Source: Nannocystales bacterium (GTDB lineage: Bacteria; Myxococcota_A; Polyangia; Nannocystales; Nannocystaceae). From it: a stretch of 64,000 bases of DNA. Of this stretch, positions 55,079 to 64,000 are shown piece by piece. Under the pieces are notes generated by a model. The model searched no databases. It was not told where the DNA came from and saw only the letters and a program-made list of their open reading frames with translations. How positions within the stretch are numbered: the first letter of the stretch is position 1; each line of letters begins with the position of its first letter. Where the stretch lies: positions 192,001 through 256,000 of the forward strand of contig JBOEGF010000004.1 in the NCBI GenBank assembly GCA_050633305.1. Direction: 5' to 3'. Position numbers and translations under genes: made by a program.

Positions 55079-55289
55079 GCGCCCGAACCTGGAGCGACTC
55101 GGCGGTCTTTGACCGTTCTGTTCCTCCTGCCGGCACCGCCCAGCCTCCACCTGGGCATTCTGGAACGTTCGTTAGAAAGACCTCTGGAACAACCGGGGGT
55201 CCGCCCTTGTAGTCCGGCCGCCTCGCATGATGCGCGGCCACCGAAGCCAACCCACGAAAATTCCCGTGAACACGGGAGAAGGAGCTGCC

Positions 55290-56648
55290 ATGCCGCCATA
55301 CGACGCTACCCCCGCCCCCCAAGGCGCACCGCGATACCGGGCTGTGACCCGGAGTAACGTCCACAAGACGGCGCAATGGTCCAAGCTCCCTTCCGAGATG
55401 AAAGAGGCCATCGAAGTGGTCTCCCAGGTCCTGCCGTTCCGGACCAACCCCTACGTCATGGATGAGCTGATCGACTGGGACAAAGTCCCCAACGATCCGC
55501 TCTACCAGCTCACCTTCGTGCAGAAGGGCATGCTCTCCGATGCGGACTACGCCAAGATGGCGGAACTGGTCCGCAACGACGCGCCCAAGGGCGAGATCAA
55601 GCTGGTCGCCAACGCGATTCGGCGCCGCCTCAATCCGCACCCCGCGGGCCAGATGACGCACAACGTGCCGCAGATCGAAGGCCGGGGACTGCCCGGTTTG
55701 CAGCACAAGTACGATCAGACCGTGCTGCTGTTCCCCAGCCAGGGACAGACGTGCCACGCGTACTGCACGTTCTGCTTCCGATGGGCCCAGTTCGTCGGGC
55801 TCGACGACCTCAAGTTCCAAGCGCAAGAGACCACCGACCTGCAGGATTACCTGCGGGCGCACCATGAGGTCTCCGATGTTCTGATCACGGGCGGCGACCC
55901 GATGATCATGAAGACCAAGGCGTTGCGCGCCTACATCGAGCCGCTCTTGGCTCCCGAGTTCGAGCACGTCACGTCGATCCGGATCGGCACCAAGTCGGTC
56001 GCGTACTGGCCGCAGCGCTACCTCACCGACCCCGACGCCGACGACCTCCTCCGGCTCTTCGAGCAGGTCGTGGCTTCCGGCAAGCACCTCGCGATCATGG
56101 GGCACTACAACCACCCCCGCGAGCTCTCCACGAAGGTGGCCAAGGACGCGGTCCGGCGGATCCGCAGCACGGGTGCCAACGTCCGCATGCAGTCGCCGCT
56201 GATCCGGCACGTCAACGACGATGCCAACGCGTGGGCCGAGCTGTGGAAGGAAGGCGTCAAGCTCGGCGCCATCCCGTACTACATGTTCGTCGAGCGAGAC
56301 ACAGGACCCAAAGCCTACTTCCAGGTGCCGCTCGTGCGGGCGTGGGAGATCTTCCGGGACGCGTACCAGCAGGTCTCCGGCCTGGCTCGGACCGTCCGTG
56401 GACCTTCGATGTCCGCCTTCCCCGGCAAGGTGTTGGTCGATGGCGTTGCCGAGGTCGCCGGCGAGAAGGTGTTCTGCCTGCAGCTCCTGCAAGGGCGCGA
56501 CGGCGACTGGGTTCGGCGTCCGTTCTTCGCCAAGTACGACGAGAACGCCAGCTGGCTCAACGACCTCAAGCCCGCCTTCGGAGAGGACCGCTTCTTCTTC
56601 GAAGACAAGCCTCAAGCGTCTCCTCCGCGGCGTCTCGACGTCGTCTGA
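55290..56648 (+). CDS. KamA-family radical SAM protein (lysine 2,3-aminomutase-like)
   Basis: GLQHKY, CHAYCTFC (CxxxCxxC), DVLITGGDP, HYNHPREL, QSPLIRHVND and PYYMF motifs; RBS GAAGGAG. Confidence 0.88.
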   Translation: MPPYDATPAPQGAPRYRAVTRSNVHKTAQWSKLPSEMKEAIEVVSQVLPFRTNPYVMDELIDWDKVPNDPLYQLTFVQKGMLSDADYAKMAELVRNDAPKGEIKLVANAIRRRLNPHPAGQMTHNVPQIEGRGLPGLQHKYDQTVLLFPSQGQTCHAYCTFCFRWAQFVGLDDLKFQAQETTDLQDYLRAHHEVSDVLITGGDPMIMKTKALRAYIEPLLAPEFEHVTSIRIGTKSVAYWPQRYLTDPDADDLLRLFEQVVASGKHLAIMGHYNHPRELSTKVAKDAVRRIRSTGANVRMQSPLIRHVNDDANAWAELWKEGVKLGAIPYYMFVERDTGPKAYFQVPLVRAWEIFRDAYQQVSGLARTVRGPSMSAFPGKVLVDGVAEVAGEKVFCLQLLQGRDGDWVRRPFFAKYDENASWLNDLKPAFGEDRFFFEDKPQASPPRRLDVV

Positions 56649-56766
56649 GCCTCGGCTCAACGCGTGCGGCTCTCCCCGCCGCCCATCCGCCCGGTCTCTC
56701 CCGCACGTGCCTGCACGCAGGCAAGGGAGGCCGGGCGTCTGAGTCTGTGGCAGGCTCGGCCTTGCG

Positions 56767-57921
56767 ATGGATAGCTTGGAGTCGTTCCTGGACACCGCAT
56801 TCTTCGGTGTGACCGTGCAGCAGCTTCTGTTCGCGGCGGTCGCCCTGACCGTTGGGTTTGTCGCCGGGCGGTTCGTCGAGCGCATCGTCGACGGCGTCTC
56901 CAAGCGGACACCGGAAGGCACGGTCGCGCGTGCCGTGGTCTCGGCGTTCGTTCGGCCCGGCGGTTGGACCGTTCGGGTTGGGGGCATCTGGGTTGCGCTC
57001 AAAGGCATGCCGCTGGAGACGGTCGCCGCCACCGACCTCGACACGCTGGTGGACCACCTGGCCCAAGGAGCCACCGTGGCGCTCGCAACCTGGTTGGGGG
57101 TCCGCGTCGTCAACGGTGTCTCCGACGTGCTCTCCGAGCGCGCCGGCAAGACCGAAGGGACCTTCGACGATCAGCTGGTTCCCATCTTCCGCAAAGCCGC
57201 AATCGCGTTCCTCGTCATCACCGGCGTCGTGATGATCGTGCAGAACTTGGGCTACTCCGTGGCATCGCTGTTGGCGGGGTTTGGCCTCGGCGGGGCTGCG
57301 CTGGCGTTTGCGTCCAAGGACACGGTCGCCAACTTCTTCGGTTCGATCGTGATCTTCGTCGATCGCCCGTTCCAGATTGGGGATTGGATCGAGGTGGGAG
57401 ACGTTGAGGGCACGGTCGAGACCGTGGGCATTCGTGTGACCCGGATTCGAACATTCTCCAACGCACAGCTCACCATCCCCAACGCCAGCTTCACGACCAA
57501 CCCGATCAACAACTGGTCGAGAATGAAGAAGCGGCGGATCAAGATGACCGTCGGTCTGACTTACGACACCACGCCCGACAAGATGCGCCAGGCGGTCGGG
57601 GCGATTCGCAAGATCATCAAGAACGACGATCGGCTTCATCAGGACTTCTACCTGGTGAACTTCTACGACTTCGGGCCTTCGAGCCTCGACATCTTTTGCT
57701 ACTTCTTCACCCGAACCACGAACTGGGCCGAGCACATGCAGGTTCGGCAGGAGTTCATGCTTCAGGTGATGGAGGCGATGCAGGGGCTCAAGCTGGACTT
57801 CGCATTCCCGACCACCACCGTGCATCTGGCCGAAGGGGCTGGGGCGCCTCGGGTGCCGGCGGGCATGCCCAAGCTGCCCGCCGGGATGCCCACGGCGATG
57901 GACCGCGACGTGCCGCTGTGA
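56767..57921 (+). CDS. Small-conductance mechanosensitive channel (MscS family)
   Basis: TM helices; LLAGFGLGGAALAFASKDTVANFFG, DRPFQIGDWI, IPNASF and FAFPT motifs. Confidence 0.93.
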   Translation: MDSLESFLDTAFFGVTVQQLLFAAVALTVGFVAGRFVERIVDGVSKRTPEGTVARAVVSAFVRPGGWTVRVGGIWVALKGMPLETVAATDLDTLVDHLAQGATVALATWLGVRVVNGVSDVLSERAGKTEGTFDDQLVPIFRKAAIAFLVITGVVMIVQNLGYSVASLLAGFGLGGAALAFASKDTVANFFGSIVIFVDRPFQIGDWIEVGDVEGTVETVGIRVTRIRTFSNAQLTIPNASFTTNPINNWSRMKKRRIKMTVGLTYDTTPDKMRQAVGAIRKIIKNDDRLHQDFYLVNFYDFGPSSLDIFCYFFTRTTNWAEHMQVRQEFMLQVMEAMQGLKLDFAFPTTTVHLAEGAGAPRVPAGMPKLPAGMPTAMDRDVPL

Positions 57922-57930
57922 GCGACGCGA

Positions 57931-59031
57931 TCACGGTTGAGGTGGCTCCGTCGCAGCGCGCGGTCGGCTTCGTGCAGCGCCCCCTGTGAACAGTTGCAGG
58001 ACATCGCGACGGAACTCCGGGTAGGTGAACTCCTCGGGGCTCCAGCTGGTCGTGTTGGGGTCGCGCATCCGGACGGCCACGGCACGGAACTCGGGGATGA
58101 CGACGATGTATTGCCCGAGGTAGCCGTCGGCGACATACGCCGCGACCTCGGAGTCTCCCTCGCGGCGGTCGAGCCACCACAACAGGCCGCAGCCTTCGTT
58201 GGGTCCGGGCTCGAGCATGGTGTCAATCCAGGCCTTAGACAGCAGTCTCTCCGGGCCGTACATGCCGCGGTCCAGGACCAGGCGTCCGATCTTGAGCAGG
58301 TCGTGCGGACGAATCACCAACTCGCCCGACGCTCGGGGGTCGCCGCGGCCGTCTTTCATCCAGTACGCGCCCGCGATGTCCAACGGGCCGAACAACCCGG
58401 CCTGCAGCTGATCGTCGAGCGCCATCCCGTTGGAGGTCGCGCGGCGAACGATGACCGCGAGGATGTCGACGGCGTTGTTGTTGTACGCGAAGGTCTCGCC
58501 GACGGGAGCGACGAGTGGGGTGCGCTGAGCGTGTTCCTCGATCGTGGCATGGCGGAAGCTCTTCGCGTCGTTCCCGTATCGCTGTGGATCGAGTCCGGAG
58601 GTGTGGGAGAGCAGGTGCCGAAGGGTGATGGTCTCCTTGTCGGTATCCATCCATTCGGGCATCACCGACGCTGACAGCGGGGCGTCGAGTTCGAGCAGCC
58701 CCGCATCGACCAGCTGCCCGACGCGCAGTGCCACGACAGACTTGCTGACCGACATCGCGAACAACCCGCTCCTGGGGTCCGAGCCGAACGCTTCGTCGAT
58801 GACAAGGTCTCCATCGACCCACAACAACAGGGCTGCTGAACGCTCTGTACGAGCGGCCTCGAGCAGCGCTGCGACGCGCCCAGGATCCACGGCCGGTCCC
58901 GGGGAGGGCGAAACCGTGGGCACTCTGACCTCCGCGGGCGGTGGAGAACTCGGGCTCGCCGGGCGGCAAGCCGACCCGAGCAGCAGGAGACAGGACAGCG
59001 TGGGGCCGCATCGGGCATCGGGCAGGGACAT
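57931..59031 (-). CDS. Serine hydrolase, beta-lactamase class C-like, lipoprotein
   Basis: LGSAC lipobox; SVSK (SxxK), LLSHTSGL, FAYNN and GYLGQY motifs. Confidence 0.88.
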   Translation of the reverse strand: MSLPDARCGPTLSCLLLLGSACRPASPSSPPPAEVRVPTVSPSPGPAVDPGRVAALLEAARTERSAALLLWVDGDLVIDEAFGSDPRSGLFAMSVSKSVVALRVGQLVDAGLLELDAPLSASVMPEWMDTDKETITLRHLLSHTSGLDPQRYGNDAKSFRHATIEEHAQRTPLVAPVGETFAYNNNAVDILAVIVRRATSNGMALDDQLQAGLFGPLDIAGAYWMKDGRGDPRASGELVIRPHDLLKIGRLVLDRGMYGPERLLSKAWIDTMLEPGPNEGCGLLWWLDRREGDSEVAAYVADGYLGQYIVVIPEFRAVAVRMRDPNTTSWSPEEFTYPEFRRDVLQLFTGGAARSRPRAATEPPQP

Positions 59032-59169
59032 AGAAACGGCGGGGCGCCGCATCGGGTTGCATCGCGACGGCGGCCCATCGTTCCCGACGGCGTGGAGGAT
59101 GGGATGTGGATTCGCTCACACTTTGTGGTCGAAGGTGAAAGCCACCAAAACGCCCGCCGTTGGAACGGT

Positions 59170-59340
59170 ATGAGGGCAGGAGTGTTGGCGTGGAGTCTGG
59201 TGTTCATCTCGGCGGGCGTCGGGGCGCTGTACAACTCCTCGGGTCCTGCCGAGGGCACGGCGCATTGGCGCGCGGCTGCACCGCCGCCCTCCGCGTCCCC
59301 GGTCACACCTGCGCTGCTTGGCCGTCGCTCCACGCCTTGA
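59170..59340 (+). CDS. Possible small secreted/membrane peptide (56 aa)
   Basis: MRAGVLAWSLVFISAGVGALY hydrophobic N-terminus and Pro-rich tail, in an intergenic gap. Confidence 0.3.
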   Translation: MRAGVLAWSLVFISAGVGALYNSSGPAEGTAHWRAAAPPPSASPVTPALLGRRSTP

Positions 59341-59453
59341 GCCTGAACCTGTGGGGCGATTCGGCGACGGCTCCGGACCGTCCGAAAGCCGCCCGCGACC
59401 GCTCGGGTGACACCGGCGGCGGAGCCTGAGTCGCGGTGCTAGGCTCCGCCTCG

Positions 59454-60857
59454 ATGGACACCCCGTCCGTAGCGCCCAAAACCCTCGCGAAACGCGAATC
59501 TGCTTTGGCAGAGCCCGCCGCCGCCGACGTGGCTGGTGTCGGAGAAATCGGAGGGTGGGGCCGGGTGATGCAGCCCGGGCGCGAGGTGCGGGACGAGAAT
59601 CTCGAGCGTCTCACGCGGGACGCGGTGCTGTGCCGCGGGTTGGGGCGGTCGTATGGCGATTCGTCTCTGCCCCCGCCGGGCGTGTCGGATGTGGCCGGCA
59701 CAACGCTGGCCGACCGGGTGCTCTCCTTCGACCCCCAGACCCTTTCGCTCCGGGCCGAGGCAGGTCTGTCCTTGCGCGAACTCCTGCGGGTGTTCTTCCC
59801 CAGAGGCTATTTCGTGCCGGTCACCCCCGGCACCACCTTCGTCACGCTTGGCGGCATGGTGGCCTCGGACGTTCACGGCAAGAACCACCACTGCGCGGGA
59901 ACCTTTGGCGAGCATGTGACGGCCCTCAAGATGCGGGTCGCCGACGGGAGCATCATCGAGTGCACACCCGAGGTCCACGCGGACCTCTTCTGGGCGACCG
60001 TCGGGGGGATGGGCCTCACCGGGCACATCCTTGAGGTCGAGTTCAACATGGTGAAGGTCCCCTCGCCGTGGATCTACATGGAGAGTGAGCGCGTCCCCAA
60101 CATCGACGCCTACATGACAGGGCTCGCGGAAGCTGCACAGCAGTGGCCGATGACCATGGGGTGGATCGATTGCCTGTCTTCGGGGGATAACCTCGGACGC
60201 GGCATCCTCATGCGAGGACGGTGGGCAACGCCGCAGGAGGCTCCCGGCTCGTTCCCAGAGCCGAAGAAGCGCCCCGGCGTTCCGTTTGTGTTTCCACAGT
60301 TCGCCCTCAATCCGCTGAGCGTCAAGCTGTTCAACGAAGCGTTCTACCGCAAGCACTTGCGCAAACAGGCGTCGGGTATCACCCACCCCGAGGCGTTCTT
60401 CTGGCCTCTCGACGCGATCCTCGACTGGAACAGAATCTACGGTCCGAAGGGGTTCACGCAGTACCAATGCGTCCTTCCAAAATCGGCGGGTCCGCAGGCC
60501 GCCAGGCGTTTTCTCGAGCTGCTCAGCACACTCGGCGGCGCCTCGTTTCTGTGTGTGATCAAAGATTGTGGCGCCGAGGGGAGGGGGCTGCTCTCGTTCC
60601 CGATGGACGGCATCTCGATCGCGCTGGACATTCCCGTGCGTGACGACACCCAGCAGCTCGTCGACAAGCTCAACGAGCATGTCATCGACGACGGTGGTCG
60701 CATCTACCTGACCAAGGATAACTACACGCGGCCCGAACACTTCGCGGCGATGGAACCCCGCCTCGAGTCGTTCATGGAGGTCCGCAAGCGCTGGGATCCC
60801 AAGCTCCGCTTTCGTAGCGCGCAGTCGGTGCGGATCTTCGGCGACCCCCGGTCCTAG
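59454..60857 (+). CDS. FAD-binding oxidoreductase, DprE1-like
   Basis: RGLGRSYGD, PVTPGT.FVTLGGMVASDVHGKNHH, WNRIYG.KGFTQYQ and GGRIYLTKD motifs. Confidence 0.88.
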   Translation: MDTPSVAPKTLAKRESALAEPAAADVAGVGEIGGWGRVMQPGREVRDENLERLTRDAVLCRGLGRSYGDSSLPPPGVSDVAGTTLADRVLSFDPQTLSLRAEAGLSLRELLRVFFPRGYFVPVTPGTTFVTLGGMVASDVHGKNHHCAGTFGEHVTALKMRVADGSIIECTPEVHADLFWATVGGMGLTGHILEVEFNMVKVPSPWIYMESERVPNIDAYMTGLAEAAQQWPMTMGWIDCLSSGDNLGRGILMRGRWATPQEAPGSFPEPKKRPGVPFVFPQFALNPLSVKLFNEAFYRKHLRKQASGITHPEAFFWPLDAILDWNRIYGPKGFTQYQCVLPKSAGPQAARRFLELLSTLGGASFLCVIKDCGAEGRGLLSFPMDGISIALDIPVRDDTQQLVDKLNEHVIDDGGRIYLTKDNYTRPEHFAAMEPRLESFMEVRKRWDPKLRFRSAQSVRIFGDPRS

Positions 60858-60911
60858 GCGGGTCTCCTGTCGGGTGGGCTGACTGCCGCCATTGCCGTAT
60901 GCTGCGCGCCG

Positions 60912-61652
60912 ATGAAGGCCGTCATCCTCGGAGGAACGAAGGGCATGGGGCGTGCGCTCGCCCGACAATCTGCGGGACGCGGCGATGCGGTGTTTCTGCT
61001 CGGCCGAAACGAAGCCGACCTGGAGCGGTCCGCGTCCGACTGCTCAGCCCACAGTCCGGACTCGAAAGCCGTCGGGCATGCCGTCTGCAACCTCGAGGAC
61101 CCCGAGACCTTTGAGGCCGCACTCGACGCCGCGGACGAAGCGCTGGATGGGTTCGATACGGTGATCGTCACCGCGGGGATGTTCGGAACCCAGGAACAGC
61201 TCGAGGCGGATGCCGGCCGATTGCAGGCCTTGCTGACGGTCAATTTCGCCCACACGATTCTGTTCTGCGAGGCGGCGCGAGCTCGCCTCATGGAACGCGG
61301 TGGAGGAGTGCTGTGCGTGTTTTCCTCGGTCGCCGGCGATCGCGGCCGCAAGCCTGTGGTGCTCTACGGAGCCAGCAAGGCGGGGCTGTCGGCCTATCTC
61401 GAAGGACTGGACCACCGCTACCGTGACGCTGGGCTCGTGACGGTTTGCGTGAAGCCAGGGTTCGTTCGTACAGGGATGACCGAGGGTCTCAAGCCCCCAC
61501 CGTTTGCAGGCGAGCCGGGGGCCGTGGCCGCCCGGGTTCTTGGCGCGATCGACCGAAAGCGACCGCAGGTCTACGCGCCTGCGATCTGGGCATGGGTGAT
61601 GTGGGTGATCCGGCTGATGCCCCGCTTCGTCATGCGCAAAGTTGGTTTCTGA
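60912..61652 (+). CDS. Short-chain dehydrogenase, DprE2-like
   Basis: GGTKGMG, FSSVAGDRGR, YGASK and VKPGFVRT motifs; adjacent to the DprE1-like gene. Confidence 0.85.
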   Translation: MKAVILGGTKGMGRALARQSAGRGDAVFLLGRNEADLERSASDCSAHSPDSKAVGHAVCNLEDPETFEAALDAADEALDGFDTVIVTAGMFGTQEQLEADAGRLQALLTVNFAHTILFCEAARARLMERGGGVLCVFSSVAGDRGRKPVVLYGASKAGLSAYLEGLDHRYRDAGLVTVCVKPGFVRTGMTEGLKPPPFAGEPGAVAARVLGAIDRKRPQVYAPAIWAWVMWVIRLMPRFVMRKVGF

Positions 61653-61659
61653 TCGGGAG

Positions 61660-64000
61660 TTGAACGCCCGGGCCCAGACGGGCAAGATCGTTGCCTTGGC
61701 GGGGTCCGGAAGCGCGGAGTACGAGACGGAGTTCACCGACCCCGTCCGCGCGACGCGTGTCTACCCCGCGCCATCGCAAGGCGCCCCGACCGAAGCGGGC
61801 GACGTCCCCCAGCCCCGGGTGCTCCCCGAGAGTGGACCCAGTGGAGCCCCGAGCAAGGTCGGGCGGTACGTGGTGCTGGACGTGCTGGGCATGGGCGGGA
61901 TGGGGGTCGTCTGCACGGCGTACGATCCCAAACTCGATCGCAAGGTCGCGCTCAAGCTCCTGCGGAGACGGGTCGGCCGCACATCGTCGAAGAGCTCCAC
62001 TGGACGGGCTCGTCTGGTCCGCGAAGCACAGGCGCTCGCCAAGCTCTCGCACCCCAACATCGTCACCGTCCACGACGTCGACACGACCGAGGATGGACGC
62101 ATCTACATGGCGATGGAGTTCGTCCGCGGCCGAACGATCACGCAGTGGCTGTTCTCCGAGAAGCCCCACTGGAGAGAAATCCTCAGCATCTTCGAACATG
62201 CGGGCACGGGCCTGGCCGCAGCCCACCAAGCGAACATCACCCACCGCGACTTCAAGCCGGCGAACGTTCTGATCGGGGAGGACGGGCGGGTCAAGGTGTT
62301 GGACTTTGGACTCGCGAAGTCTGAGACCGGCCCGCTGAGCACCGACTCCGACGATGCTCGCAGCGAGCCTGGGTCGGGCGAAGACATCATGCAGGTCGTG
62401 CAGTCGACCGGCGACATGAAGCTGACGATGGCCGGGCGCATCGTCGGAACGCCCGCGTACATGGCCCCCGAGCAGCGTCGGGGTCGGACGACGGGCCCCG
62501 CGACCGACCAGTTCAGTTTCGCGGTCGCGCTGTACGAGGCGCTGTACGGCCGACTTCCGTTTCGCAGCGAATCCCACAGCCGGGATGCCGCACGGGGGCG
62601 GGTGATCGACCCGCCCAACGATACCGAGGTCCCCTCGTGGGTGTTTCGGGCGCTCAAGCGAGCCTTTGCGCCGCAGCCGAGCGACCGGTATCGCACGATG
62701 GAGGAACTCCTGGCTGCATTGCGGGCCGACCCTGCACGCCGCTTGCGGAGGCTGCTGCTGTGGACCGCGGGGGTCGTTGGCGTGGGCGGAGCAGGGGCGG
62801 GGGCGCTCATGGCCCTCGCGCCGGACGACGAGTTGTGCCGGAGCGCGCGTGACCGTCTGGGCGGGGTCTGGGACCCGGGGCGGCGGGCCGTCGTCGACGC
62901 GTCTCTTCGGGACACCGCGACCGCGTACGCGGCCTACACAGCGGACCGCGTCCTGGAGGACATCGATGCCTATGCTGATCGTTGGGCAGCGGCTCGCACA
63001 ACGGTCTGCGAGGCGACGTGGGTTCACCGGGAACAGTCCGAGAGCACCCTGGACGTTCGGATGGCGTGTCTCGACCAACGGCGCGGAGAGCTTCGTGCGC
63101 TGGTCAACGTGCTCGCCGATGCGGACGGCGACGTAGTGGAACGCGCGGTTTCAGCCGTCACGGCGCTGACCTCCCCGGTCAGTTGCGTCTCGGCCGAGCC
63201 CGGGGCGGCGAGCCAGCTGCCCGCAGATCCCGAGGCCCGGAGCGCCGTGCTCGCGGCCCAGGCCCAGACCGACGATGCTGAGGCGCTGTTGCGGGCCGGG
63301 CGATACTCCGTCGCGCAGGAGGTCGTCCGGGAAGCGGTGAGCTTCGCCGCTGCGACGCACCACGCACCGACGGTCGCTCGGACGACCTACGTCCAGGGCC
63401 GCGTCACGCAGATGCTTGGCGACTATGAAGCCGCGGGCGAGCGGTTCCGCGAGGCGGCGGAGGGCGCCGCAGCCGTCGGCGATCCGGCGCTCGAGGCCCG
63501 CGCACTCACGGCCTACGTCGGGGTGGCCGGTGTGCATTTGCACGACCCCGACCGTGCCCTGGGCATCGCAGTTGGTGCCAAGTTGGCGCTCCTGCGCGCC
63601 GGGACGCCACCCGAACTCGAGTCGCGGCTCGCCTTGCAACTGGGCGGGAGCGCTCTGCAGGCGCGAGAAGTCGCCGACGCGGTCGAGCACCTCCACAAGG
63701 CGCTTGAGGCTGCGGAGCGGGCCTATCCTCCCGGCGACATCCGCTTCGCCGATCTCCGGGTCACCCTGGGTATCGCGTTGGCCCAGCAGGGGAACTTCGT
63801 GGAGGCCGAGGGGTTCTTCCGCCGTGCGCTCGATCTCCGCGAGTCCGAGCAAGGCCCGATGCACCCCGACCTCGCCTTCGTCGCGCACAACCTCGCAAAC
63901 GTGCTTGCGTCGACCCCTGCAGGCTTGGCCGAGGCCATCGAACTCGCCGACCGGGCAATGAAGATCCGACGCGCGGTACTCGGCCCCGAGACCAAGGCCG
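61660..64000 (+). CDS. Ser/Thr protein kinase with TM segment and TPR repeats (3' truncated by window)
   Basis: Translated by hand because it is absent from the ORF track (no stop): GRYVVLDVLGMGGMGVV, VALKLL, HRDFKPANV, DFG, GTPAYMAPE, then TPR-like helices. Start uncertain (TTG 61660 or 61696). Confidence 0.92.
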   Translation, partial: MNARAQTGKIVALAGSGSAEYETEFTDPVRATRVYPAPSQGAPTEAGDVPQPRVLPESGPSGAPSKVGRYVVLDVLGMGGMGVVCTAYDPKLDRKVALKLLRRRVGRTSSKSSTGRARLVREAQALAKLSHPNIVTVHDVDTTEDGRIYMAMEFVRGRTITQWLFSEKPHWREILSIFEHAGTGLAAAHQANITHRDFKPANVLIGEDGRVKVLDFGLAKSETGPLSTDSDDARSEPGSGEDIMQVVQSTGDMKLTMAGRIVGTPAYMAPEQRRGRTTGPATDQFSFAVALYEALYGRLPFRSESHSRDAARGRVIDPPNDTEVPSWVFRALKRAFAPQPSDRYRTMEELLAALRADPARRLRRLLLWTAGVVGVGGAGAGALMALAPDDELCRSARDRLGGVWDPGRRAVVDASLRDTATAYAAYTADRVLEDIDAYADRWAAARTTVCEATWVHREQSESTLDVRMACLDQRRGELRALVNVLADADGDVVERAVSAVTALTSPVSCVSAEPGAASQLPADPEARSAVLAAQAQTDDAEALLRAGRYSVAQEVVREAVSFAAATHHAPTVARTTYVQGRVTQMLGDYEAAGERFREAAEGAAAVGDPALEARALTAYVGVAGVHLHDPDRALGIAVGAKLALLRAGTPPELESRLALQLGGSALQAREVADAVEHLHKALEAAERAYPPGDIRFADLRVTLGIALAQQGNFVEAEGFFRRALDLRESEQGPMHPDLAFVAHNLANVLASTPAGLAEAIELADRAMKIRRAVLGPETKA

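Noticed and set aside
57850..57900. Short repeat encoding PAGMP twice at the MscS C-terminus
   Set aside because: Low-complexity coding tail; not an independent repeat element.
1..64000. CRISPR arrays, transposases, phage or defence genes
   Set aside because: No regularly spaced direct repeats or recognisable motifs were seen; mazG is the housekeeping tandem-domain type.

Overview
High-GC, densely coding bacterial window that looks myxobacterial (Myxococcota, plausibly Nannocystales-like). The cues are a MYXO-CTERM-type C-terminus, a Cys-rich 'CGDG' motif with FG-GAP repeats, a Ser/Thr kinase-TPR protein and many lipoproteins; the taxon is inferred. Most of it is core genome: purM, accD-folC, mazG, phoH-ybeY, rarA, pdxJ, gluQ, valS, cutA and tRNA-Leu(CAA). 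I found no mobile elements or CRISPR arrays. The main highlight is a tightly coupled 7-gene minus-strand isoprenoid operon at 38760-47314: fni, mvk, mvaD, an in-frame phosphomevalonate kinase::class II HMG-CoA reductase fusion, then hpnC-hpnD-hpnE. It links the mevalonate pathway to squalene synthesis, with no cyclase in the window. One gene further downstream on the same strand lie TolC, an MlaC/HpnM-like lipid-binding protein and a pepsin-fold lipoprotein, a candidate triterpenoid/lipid trafficking module. Other points of interest: (1) several protease or kinase folds with degenerate catalytic residues; (2) a KamA-like radical SAM gene next to mscS, preceded by a clear sigma70 promoter, a palindromic operator and a structured ~200-nt leader; (3) a DprE1/DprE2-like pair. 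All calls come from motif recognition by eye; no database searches were run, and start codons are best estimates.
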